Assembly (NCBI GenBank): GCA_030019255.1
Contig: JASEFK010000006.1
Span: 154,553 to 218,552, forward strand
Length of the DNA: 64,000 bases
Direction: 5' to 3'
From: Actinomycetota bacterium
Lineage (GTDB): Bacteria > Actinomycetota > Geothermincolia > Geothermincolales > RBG-13-55-18
Shown here: positions 8,741 to 16,748 of the stretch, piece by piece
How the letters are laid out: every line of letters starts with the position of its first letter
Position numbering within the stretch: the first letter of the stretch is position 1
Program-made: the position numbers and the translations under genes
Notes under the pieces: model-generated
Told to the model about the DNA's origin: nothing
The model's input: the letters and a program-made list of their open reading frames with translations, nothing else
Database searches by the model: none

Positions 8741-10840
8741 ATGGACGAAGGGCAACCCTTGCCGGTAACCGAGAGGGCAAGTCCCGGACCTGAAACGGCG
8801 AAGCCAGCGGAGGAGGGCGCGCTCTTCCGCTACCCCCTGCACCCCCCGGCGGAACCGCGGACCGGCGATCCCCCCCTGGTGGAGTTCACCCGAGGCCTGC
8901 TGCGCGACCTCCTCTCCATCCTCCGCCTCCGGAGCGAAGGAAGGGAGGTGGAGGTGGAGGGGTTCCGCTTCCTGGGCCCGGATAAGGCGGTGCATTCCAT
9001 CCATGTCCCGCCCCGCGAGGGAGCGGAGGAACTCGAAGATTCCGGGATGGCCGGCCCATCCGCGCCCCGTCCTCCCCTCCCCGGATGCCGGGGGGAACAC
9101 CCGGAAGGAAAGGGAGACCTGGGGGCCGGCTCCGATGCAGTCCCCAGCCCGGGGAAGGGGCGATTCCCTCCCGGCGCGGTAAAAGGACTTTTGGCAAGGA
9201 AAGAGATCTCAGAGGCACCGGTCCGGGAAGGGATCCAGGGCCTCCCGCCCTTCCTCAACCGGGAGAACGCCGCCCTCTACGAGCCCCGGTTGGAGTTTTT
9301 GGCCCGGCTGCTGGAGAACCTGCTCTCCCTGGTGCAGCTGGAGGCCGGAGGTCGGCCGGTGGAGGTGGACGGATTCCGCCTGCGCCGCCTCTCCGACTGG
9401 GCGGACGCCCCGGTGCCGAGCGCCCAGGACGTAATCCTTCACGCCGCCGACCGCTGCTCTTGCCGTTGCCGGTTCTGCTACCTGCGGGGTTCCCCGCCCA
9501 CCCTGCATTACCATCCCCCCTTCGACCCGGGGGACGACTGGAGGAGGCTGGAGGCCAGGATTCGTCACTACCGCCCCCGGGCGCGGCGGGGGCTCTTCCC
9601 CACCTTCGGTGGCCCGCGGGAGCCGTTCGCTCATCCACAAATTCTCCCCTTGCTCCGATCCCTCCGCGAGACCACCGATGAACCCTTGCGCCTCTCCACC
9701 AACGGATGCGCTCTAAGTCCCGATCTCATAAGCGAACTGGCGAAGCTGGCCCCCCTCTTTCTGGACCTCTCCCTCAACAGCTCCGACCCCGCCCGGCGCT
9801 CCTTCCTCATGGGTGACCCCGAGCCGGGGAGGGCCATCTCCTCCCTGCCCCGCCTGGCGGAGGCGGGCATCCCCTTCGCCGTGACCGTGGTGGCCTGGCC
9901 GGAGCCCTCCCTGGAGGAGATGCTGGAGGACCTGGGAAGAACCTGCCTGTACGCCGCGGGTTGCGGGGCCCGCATGGTACAGGTCAACCTGCCGGGTTAC
10001 TCCCGGTTCTTCTCCCCGCGACCCCTCTTCGATACCGACGAGGTGTGGGGAGCCGTGGTGCGGCGGGTGCGGGAACTGCGCCAGGACATCCCCTGCCCGG
10101 TGGTGGTGAGCCCCGCCCTCTACGAGGAAAACCTCGTCCGGGAACGGAAGAACCTTGCGGAGGTGATAGGGGTGGTGCCCAACTCCCCGGCCGCCTCCTG
10201 GGGGCTTGAGCCGGGAGACGTCATCCTCCGCCTGAACGGGATCAACGTGTTTAACCGCCCCCAGGCCCGCGACCTGCTCACCCTTTTGCAGGAGAGCGGG
10301 AAGGGGAGGATGTCCATCCTGGTCGACCGGGGGGGTAAGAGGGTGGAGCTGGAGGGGGAAAGAAGCCGGTGCCGCTACCCCTTCGATTTTCATACCGGGA
10401 CCCACCTGGGGGTGGTGTTCATGGGGAGCGGTCTGCGCCTCTCCTACCTGCGGGACCTGGAGGACCTCATCCGCTCCTCTGGGGCGCGCCGGGTGCTCTT
10501 TCTCACCTCCCGGCTGGTCCGCCCCACCCTCGAACAGATGCTGCGCGAACGCCCGCTGAGCCTCCCGGAGGGCGTGGAGCTGCACTTGAGCGTGCCGGAG
10601 AACCGCTTCTTCGGGGGAAACATCATGCTCGGCGATCTTTTGGTGGTGCAGGACTTCATCGATCACCTCCGGGAGTGGAGGGAGAGGAAGGGGTTTGCGC
10701 CCCACCTGGTGGTCATACCCTCCTCGCCCTTCCGCCTCAGCGGCTGGGGGAGGGACCTGACCGGTCGGGTGTATCTGGACATCGCCCGGGAGACCGGGAT
10801 GCGGGTGGAACTCCTGGAATGCGAGGCGGTCATGGACTGA
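8741..10840 (+). CDS. radical SAM enzyme with internal PDZ domain (DUF512-like radical-SAM/PDZ family), inserted between the mutase subunits
   Basis: CxxxCxxC radical-SAM cluster motif C-SCR-C-RF-C at about 9455-9478 (HAADRCSCRCRFCYLRG). PDZ-like segment EVIGVVPNSPAASWGLEPGDVILRLNGINVFNRPQARDLLTLLQESGKGRMSILVDRGGKRV (about 10150-10330). GGAGGTG RBS 9 nt before ATG 8741. The listed ORF start 8609 (TTG) would add a 44-codon Arg/Gly-rich extension overlapping the hairpin, which is probably not translated. Confidence 0.75.
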   Translation: MDEGQPLPVTERASPGPETAKPAEEGALFRYPLHPPAEPRTGDPPLVEFTRGLLRDLLSILRLRSEGREVEVEGFRFLGPDKAVHSIHVPPREGAEELEDSGMAGPSAPRPPLPGCRGEHPEGKGDLGAGSDAVPSPGKGRFPPGAVKGLLARKEISEAPVREGIQGLPPFLNRENAALYEPRLEFLARLLENLLSLVQLEAGGRPVEVDGFRLRRLSDWADAPVPSAQDVILHAADRCSCRCRFCYLRGSPPTLHYHPPFDPGDDWRRLEARIRHYRPRARRGLFPTFGGPREPFAHPQILPLLRSLRETTDEPLRLSTNGCALSPDLISELAKLAPLFLDLSLNSSDPARRSFLMGDPEPGRAISSLPRLAEAGIPFAVTVVAWPEPSLEEMLEDLGRTCLYAAGCGARMVQVNLPGYSRFFSPRPLFDTDEVWGAVVRRVRELRQDIPCPVVVSPALYEENLVRERKNLAEVIGVVPNSPAASWGLEPGDVILRLNGINVFNRPQARDLLTLLQESGKGRMSILVDRGGKRVELEGERSRCRYPFDFHTGTHLGVVFMGSGLRLSYLRDLEDLIRSSGARRVLFLTSRLVRPTLEQMLRERPLSLPEGVELHLSVPENRFFGGNIMLGDLLVVQDFIDHLREWRERKGFAPHLVVIPSSPFRLSGWGRDLTGRVYLDIARETGMRVELLECEAVMD

Positions 10841-10936
10841 GGGGAAGGTGGCCATCCGGAAGACCGAAAGGGATGGGACTAGGTGATGGACAGAGCGTCA
10901 GGAGCGCGAAAAGGTGAAGGACAAGGGAGGCAGGAA

Positions 10937-11353
10937 ATGGCATCGAAGACGGAGGGCAAGGTCATCCGGGTACTTATCGCCAAGCCCGGTCTTGACGGGC
11001 ACGACCAGGGAGCCAAGGTCATCGCCTACGGCCTCAAGGACGAGGGGTTCGAGGTCATCTACACCGGCCTGAGGCGCACCCCGGAGGAGATCGTCAACGC
11101 GGCCGTGGACGAGGACGTGGACGTCATCGGCCTCTCCATCCTCTCCGGGGCTCACCTGAGCATTGCGCGGCGTGTCATGTCCCTTCTCCGGGAAAAGGGC
11201 GTGGAGGACAAGATGGTCCTGGTGGGAGGCATCATCCCTCCCGAGGACATCCCCAAGCTCAAGGAGATGGGCGTGGCCGAGGTCTTCGTCTCCGGGACCT
11301 ATATCTCCCAGGTGGCGGAATTCATCCGCTCCCGGTTGGGTGTCTCTTCCTGA
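10937..11353 (+). CDS. cobalamin-binding small subunit of an acyl-CoA mutase (B12-binding Rossmann domain)
   Basis: [73 protein letters not shown]... contains the DxHxxG B12 lower-ligand motif (LDGHDQG) and the MCM small-subunit fold. AGGGAGG RBS before ATG 10937. Confidence 0.9.
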   Translation: MASKTEGKVIRVLIAKPGLDGHDQGAKVIAYGLKDEGFEVIYTGLRRTPEEIVNAAVDEDVDVIGLSILSGAHLSIARRVMSLLREKGVEDKMVLVGGIIPPEDIPKLKEMGVAEVFVSGTYISQVAEFIRSRLGVSS

Positions 11354-11401
11354 GGCAACCCCGGTTATCTGCACCAGAGGCGGCGTGAGTCGGACAGTGC
11401 C

Positions 11402-12763
11402 TCAACCCTGGTAGGCACGCACCAGCCTATTCACGTGCTCCAGATTCTCCAGATCCCGCAACATCTCCAAGGTGGAATCGGCGACCCGGTAGCTCAAAAC
11501 GCTCCCCACGCATTCGCGGTATTTATCGTAGATCTGCTCCTCGCTCATGGGATTGCCGGGTTCGCCGAGGGGCCTTTCGGCCTTCCCCACCGCTTTCCCG
11601 CCGGACTTCAGGTGCACTACCACCTCGGAGGCGAAAGGGCTAGTGATCTCCCCTTCCAGGTCCTGCCAGTCGAAGCGGCGTATCACATGCACTATCGGCT
11701 CCGAGGTGACCACCTGGTCCCTGAACTGCCCCACTCCCACCTTGCCCCAAAGCAGGGCGGCGGCCACGCAGAACTCCAGGCTAAACTTTCCCTCCGTGCC
11801 CGTCTTCGGCTCGTGGTAGACGAGCACCGATCGCAACCAGGAGGGCACCCGGCACTCCACCCTCTCCACCTCGGAAGCGTCGATATTTCCCATCTTCTTC
11901 CATTCCTCCCTGGCCGCCAGGGCGGCGTCGATAGCGCCCTGGGGGCCGCGGCAGCAGGGATAGGGCTTGTAGGAGAGACCGGGGTCGATGAGCTCATAGG
12001 GCTCTCCGAGGGTCCCGGGTAGCTCCCCCGCTTTCTCCAGGTCGGAAGTGAAGACCCGGGCGAATCCGTTCTCCCCGTAGAGAGCATCCGGGTTGGCGGT
12101 GAACCCCCGGGAGGCCAGCTGGGCGGCCATAATCCCGTTCATGGCCGCGACTCCGGCGTGGAGGGGCTTGGTCATGGTTCCGAAGTTAGCCCGGATGCCC
12201 GTGGCCAGGGAGCAGGAGATGCCTAGGGCATGGACCATCCTTTCCTCGGCGAGCCGCAGGAGCTTGCCGCAGGAGGCGGCGGCGCCCAGGACCCCCAGGG
12301 TACTGGTATGGTGCCAGCCCAGCATGTAGGAGTTCCCGCCCAGGGCCGCTCCGACCTTGGCTGCTACCTCCAGGCCGGCCACGTAGGCCAGTAGGCAGTC
12401 CCTTCCCGGGGACTCCAGAACCTCCCCCAGGGCCAACACGGCCGGGACCAGGGCCACGGAAGGATGGCCCATCATGCGGAAACTGACGTCGTCGTAATCC
12501 AGGGCGTGGGCGGCTGTCCCGTTGGCCAGGGCAGCCCAGGGTGCCGCGCTTTTCTTGAAACCGTAGAAGAGGGTGGCTTCACCCTTTGCACACATGGAAT
12601 CCACCCACTCGGCGGCGATGCGTGAACTCTCATCCTCCAGGCCGGCTATGGTGACCCCCAGGCAATCGATGAACGGGAGCTTGGCCGCCTCCACCACCTC
12701 TCCCGGCAAGTCCTCGTACTTCAGGCCACAGACGAACTTCCCCACTTCCAAGAGCTCGTTCAT
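11402..12763 (-). CDS. MmgE/PrpD-family protein (2-methylcitrate dehydratase / cis-aconitate decarboxylase superfamily)
   Basis: Minus-strand translation MNELLEVGKFVCGLKYEDLPGEVVEAAKLPFIDCLGVTIAGLEDE...HALDYDDV...GHPSVALVPAVLALGE...TKPLHAG... is typical of PrpD/MmgE. An AAGGGGGG RBS 6 nt upstream supports the ATG at 12763. The listed ORF start 13102 adds about 113 junk codons. Confidence 0.8.
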   Translation of the reverse strand: MNELLEVGKFVCGLKYEDLPGEVVEAAKLPFIDCLGVTIAGLEDESSRIAAEWVDSMCAKGEATLFYGFKKSAAPWAALANGTAAHALDYDDVSFRMMGHPSVALVPAVLALGEVLESPGRDCLLAYVAGLEVAAKVGAALGGNSYMLGWHHTSTLGVLGAAASCGKLLRLAEERMVHALGISCSLATGIRANFGTMTKPLHAGVAAMNGIMAAQLASRGFTANPDALYGENGFARVFTSDLEKAGELPGTLGEPYELIDPGLSYKPYPCCRGPQGAIDAALAAREEWKKMGNIDASEVERVECRVPSWLRSVLVYHEPKTGTEGKFSLEFCVAAALLWGKVGVGQFRDQVVTSEPIVHVIRRFDWQDLEGEITSPFASEVVVHLKSGGKAVGKAERPLGEPGNPMSEEQIYDKYRECVGSVLSYRVADSTLEMLRDLENLEHVNRLVRAYQG

Positions 12764-13099
12764 TTTCGACCCCCCTTGTTCGTTTTTCATACCCTTAACC
12801 GGTATCAACCCGTCCACTTCCCGGCTCCACCCCCGTTGACGCCCCGGGGTTCCGGGGCTGGCCCACGGGAGGGTATACCGGGTACCGCTCACGCATCCAT
12901 GCCCCTTTTCAGATCGCCTCTCGCCCGAAGAAGCCCCCGTCAAACCCCGGATCACCGTAACGGTAGAGGAAGCCGACTCCCGCCCTTTCGAACCGTGGCT
13001 CAACCAATGGTATCCTTTCCACTCCCCTCCGGAAAAGACCAGCAGCCGGAGTGAGGCCACCACGGTTATCGATATGAAACCGAAGCCCAGCCGACACGA

Positions 13100-13330
13100 C
13101 AATTATGCACCATGAACTTAACCTTCAATTTTCCTGATGATATCAAAGATACCAACGGGCGTAAAGAAGGGGTTCATGTTTCAAATTTTTTCTTTATTTA
13201 AGCCAGATATAAAAATTCTGTCGGCGCATCTGCGCATTAATTATTTTAGGATTGTTGTACTTTCCTACTTTACATATAGTGAACTTTCCTCCATAATTAT
13301 TCGCGCGGGCTGACGGACGACAACGGGCGG
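13100..13330. promoter_or_regulatory. AT-rich divergent promoter island between the PrpD-family gene (-) and the acyl-CoA ligase gene (+)
   Basis: About 230 bp at roughly 30% GC inside a ~67% GC genome (…caaattttttctttatttaagccagatataaaaattctg…ttattttaggattgttgtactttcctactttacatatagtgaactttcc…). The genes on each side diverge from it. Confidence 0.5.
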
Positions 13331-13480
13331 CTGCTAAATTCGTCTTGGCGACCGTGTGAGGAACTTCCTTGAGGACTTCGCCGAACCATTTTCCGCAGCC
13401 ATCGTCGCCCACTTATTCGCATTCTCGAAAGAAAGGTTCCGCGGCCCGGGGCTCAGGGTGAAGCACGGGTATGAACGGGG

Positions 13481-15031
13481 GTGACAACGATGAACGTGGG
13501 CAACTGGGCCACCAAGCGGGCGCTCTTCCCGCTCACCAGGGACAAGACGGCCTTCATCAGCGGTGACCGCTCCCTTACCTACACGGAGTTCAACCACCGT
13601 GTTAATCAAGTGGCCAACGGCTTACTGGAGGCGGGCCTCAAGAAGGGCGAGCGGGTGGCCGCCCTCTTCTTCAACAGCATAGAGTTCATGGAGGTGTACT
13701 TCGCCTGCGCCAAGGCGGGGTTCATCTTCATCCCCCTCAACTTCCGCCTCACGCCCCAGGAGCTGAACGATATATTCACCGACACCAATCCCCGGGCCTT
13801 CTTCTTCCACCCCGAGTTCGCGGGCACGGTGGGACAGCTGCGGGAACTCTACCGCGAACCGATAGAGGTTTTGGCCACCGCCGGGGAGCCAGTGCCGGAG
13901 TTCGCCTCCCCTTACGAGGAGTGGCTCTCGGAATTCGGGGAGGAGGAGCCCGCGGTCCACGAGCCCCCGGGCATGGAGGACCCCCAGATGATCATGTACA
14001 CCTCGGGAACCACCGGGCGGGCCAAGGGGGCCGTGCTCCCCCACCGCAAGACCTTCTGGAACACCTTCAACGACACCCTGGAGCTGCTCTTCGACATGGA
14101 GGCCGTATCTCTGGTCTCCATACCCCTGTTCCACTCCGGGGGCCTGAACATCATCACCATGCCCACCTTCTACATAGGGGGCACCACGATCTTCCAGAGG
14201 TTCTGGAACCCCGAGGAGGCCCTGCGCCTCATCGAGCGCCACCGGGTCACCCACTTCGGGGCCGTGCCCACCATGCTCCAGATGATGCTGGACGTTCCCG
14301 ACTTTTCCCGCTACGACCTGAGCTCCCTCAAGGGGGTGGGGGTGGGAGGAGCCCCCGCCTCCCGGGAGCTTTTGGACCGCATCCTGGAGCGGATGAAGGT
14401 GCCCCACCTCATCCAGGTCTTCGGGTGCACGGAGACCTCCATCGTCCTCTCCTGCTCCAACATGGAAAAGATCGGCAGCGCCGGCATCCCCATGTTCCAC
14501 GCCGAGGTCCGGGTGCTCAAGGAGGACGGCACGGAGGTGGTACCGGGATCCGGCGAGGTGGGGGAGATATGCACCCGGGGCCCCTACGTCATGCTCGGCT
14601 ACTGGAACCTCCCCGAGGAGACCGCCGAGGCCATGAAGGACGGGTGGTTCCACTACGGGGATCTGGCCACCGTGGACGAGGACGGGTACGTATATATCGT
14701 GGACCGCAAGAAGGACATGATCATCTCCGGGGGGGAGAACATCTACCCCGCGGAGGTGGAGAAGGTGCTCGCCGAGCACCCCAAGGTGAGGGACGTGGCG
14801 GTCATCGGCATGCCGGACGAGAAGTGGGGGGAGGTGGGCCACGCCCTGGTGCTCCTGGAGGACCCCGAGGACCCCCTGAGCCTGGAGGAGATGGAGGCCT
14901 TCTGTGCGGGGAAGCTGGCCCGTTACAAGATACCTAAAAAGATCACCTTCGTGGATGCCATCCCCCGCACCCTCACCGGCAAGATATTGAAGAAGGAACT
15001 GCGCAGGCTCTACGGCGGGGGCCGGGATTGA
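13481..15031 (+). CDS. AMP-forming acyl-CoA synthetase / ligase (ANL superfamily)
   Basis: AMP-binding P-loop MYTSGTTGRAKGAVLPH, plus the GYWN...ET, GDLAT...DEDGYVYIVDRKKDMIISGGENIYP and TLTGKILKKELR motifs. 516 aa. Confidence 0.9.
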   Translation: MTTMNVGNWATKRALFPLTRDKTAFISGDRSLTYTEFNHRVNQVANGLLEAGLKKGERVAALFFNSIEFMEVYFACAKAGFIFIPLNFRLTPQELNDIFTDTNPRAFFFHPEFAGTVGQLRELYREPIEVLATAGEPVPEFASPYEEWLSEFGEEEPAVHEPPGMEDPQMIMYTSGTTGRAKGAVLPHRKTFWNTFNDTLELLFDMEAVSLVSIPLFHSGGLNIITMPTFYIGGTTIFQRFWNPEEALRLIERHRVTHFGAVPTMLQMMLDVPDFSRYDLSSLKGVGVGGAPASRELLDRILERMKVPHLIQVFGCTETSIVLSCSNMEKIGSAGIPMFHAEVRVLKEDGTEVVPGSGEVGEICTRGPYVMLGYWNLPEETAEAMKDGWFHYGDLATVDEDGYVYIVDRKKDMIISGGENIYPAEVEKVLAEHPKVRDVAVIGMPDEKWGEVGHALVLLEDPEDPLSLEEMEAFCAGKLARYKIPKKITFVDAIPRTLTGKILKKELRRLYGGGRD

Positions 15032-15290
15032 GACCGCGGGAGGGAAGCCTCCCCGCCCCGGAGGGAGGCCCTGGACCGTGTTTTCCGGGGGGATCCCGCT
15101 CCCCTTGGCCAAGGGTAAGGAGGCCCCCGCCCTTCGGCCCGGGCCCTGTGCGACCGCGCCGGTGGAGGCGGCCGCCCCGGGCGGAACGTCCTCCAACGGG
15201 GAAGGGAGATGACCCGTTTAAGGAGAAAAAGTCAACGGCTTGTCCTGGAAGGAGAAGGCCAAAGGCCTTGGGACGTGAAGGGAGGTCCCC

Positions 15291-16091
15291 ATGAACCAAG
15301 AAGAGGAGCTCCTGGTGGAGGTGAGGGAGCCCCTGGCCTTCCTCACCATCAACCGGCCGGAGCGCCGGAACGCCCTCTCCGTCTCCCTCCTCGTCTCCCT
15401 GGCCCAGGCCCTCCAGGACCTGGCCGAGAAGGGAACGGTGCGCTGCGCCGTGCTGCGGGGGGCGGGGGACCGGGCCTTCTCCGCGGGCATGGACCTCACC
15501 GCCATCCCCGAGGGTCTCCCCGCGGAGGTCCAGGAGCGCATCCAATCCCAGGGCCCCCTGCAGTACGGCCTGGAGGCCATCGAGGAGTGCCCCTTCCCGG
15601 TCATCGCCATGATCCGCGGCTACTGCGTGGGGGCGGGGTGCGAGACCAGCATGGCCTGCGACCTCCGGGTGGGGGCGGAGGACTGCCGCATGGGGATGCC
15701 CCCCGCGCGCCTGGGCATCGTCTATCCCCCCGAGGGCCTGCACCGCTTCCTGCGCACCATCGGCCTGGCCGCCACCCGGAAACTCTTCCTCACCGCAGAG
15801 CTCTTCGGTGCCCACGAGGCCTACCAGATGGGCATGCTGGACTACCTGGTCCCCGTCCCGGAGCTGGAGGCCTTCACCGAGGATCTGGCCCGGCGCATAG
15901 CCTCCAACGCCCCCCTCTCCATCTCCGGGCACAAGCGCATGCTGCGCATGCTCACCCACCCCCTTCCCCTGGCTGAGGAGGAGCGCCGGGAGGCCGATGC
16001 CATCATGGCGCGGGCCCTGGCCAGCGAGGACGCCCGGGAGGGCATCGCCGCCTTCCGCGAGAAGAGGGACCCGGTGTTCAGGGGTAAATAA
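15291..16091 (+). CDS. enoyl-CoA hydratase/isomerase (crotonase fold)
   Basis: LTINRPERRNALS...LRGAGDRAFSAGMDL...IAMIRGYCVGAGCE... show the classic crotonase oxyanion and catalytic segments. GGGAGG RBS. Confidence 0.85.
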   Translation: MNQEEELLVEVREPLAFLTINRPERRNALSVSLLVSLAQALQDLAEKGTVRCAVLRGAGDRAFSAGMDLTAIPEGLPAEVQERIQSQGPLQYGLEAIEECPFPVIAMIRGYCVGAGCETSMACDLRVGAEDCRMGMPPARLGIVYPPEGLHRFLRTIGLAATRKLFLTAELFGAHEAYQMGMLDYLVPVPELEAFTEDLARRIASNAPLSISGHKRMLRMLTHPLPLAEEERREADAIMARALASEDAREGIAAFREKRDPVFRGK

Positions 16092-16263
16092 GGGCCTTTC
16101 TCCCGCGGACTTGACCTCCAGTGGAGCAACCTGAACGAGACCCGGAAGGCTCGTTCCCCTAACCGCTCGTCGCTTACGGAGATGACCCGAGACGGCGCAT
16201 GGCAGCGGAATGCCGAGCCGGGAAAGGCAGTTGAAGGATTTCAAAAAACCCCTTGAAAAATAT

Positions 16264-16279
16264 GTTCACTTTTACTAAA
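16264..16279. promoter_or_regulatory. 16-nt motif GTTCACTTTTACTAAA in the AT-rich island upstream of the GRE operon
   Basis: Identical to the reverse complement of 6588-6603, and 15/16 identical to 24126-24141. Confidence 0.5.
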
Positions 16280-16333
16280 ATAAGCCTCAAGATGATTGCT
16301 GTTATTAAGGCATAATAAGAAATATTAATAATT

Positions 16334-16349
16334 TATTACTATAGTAATA
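16334..16349. promoter_or_regulatory. perfect 16-bp palindrome TATTACTATAGTAATA (candidate operator) upstream of the GRE operon
   Basis: Read directly. It is its own reverse complement. It lies in the 16240-16400 AT-rich island, about 400 nt upstream of the GRE start. Confidence 0.45.
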
Positions 16350-16748
16350 GTGTAAATTGCTTACTTAAACGCTTTTGAATTTTGACTAACTAGGATTCGG
16401 AAAAACGTCTGTACCACCGCCCGATTATTCCGCAGCAGGATTCGCCCCACGTGATAAGCAGCCATCGAGGGGGTGAGCTTTCCCCGTTTGAGGAACCGTG
16501 AAAGGCGAATCGGCCGATGAGCTCCGCAGGAGCGTGAAAGAGAAGGTGCGCGGTTTTCGTCTCAAATAGGGGGCTCGTGAATGGAAAGGCGTGCCATTCG
16601 CGAGGGCAACGGGCACGGACATCCGGCCGGAGAGGCTGTCGGGAAGGGAGGGATGAAAACCCGAAAGGAAAGCAGTGGGATTTTCTCGGTTTGAAGGAAA
16701 GAACGTTGCTTTCACAAGCGGGGGGCAACCGGAAGAAGAAGGGGGTAG

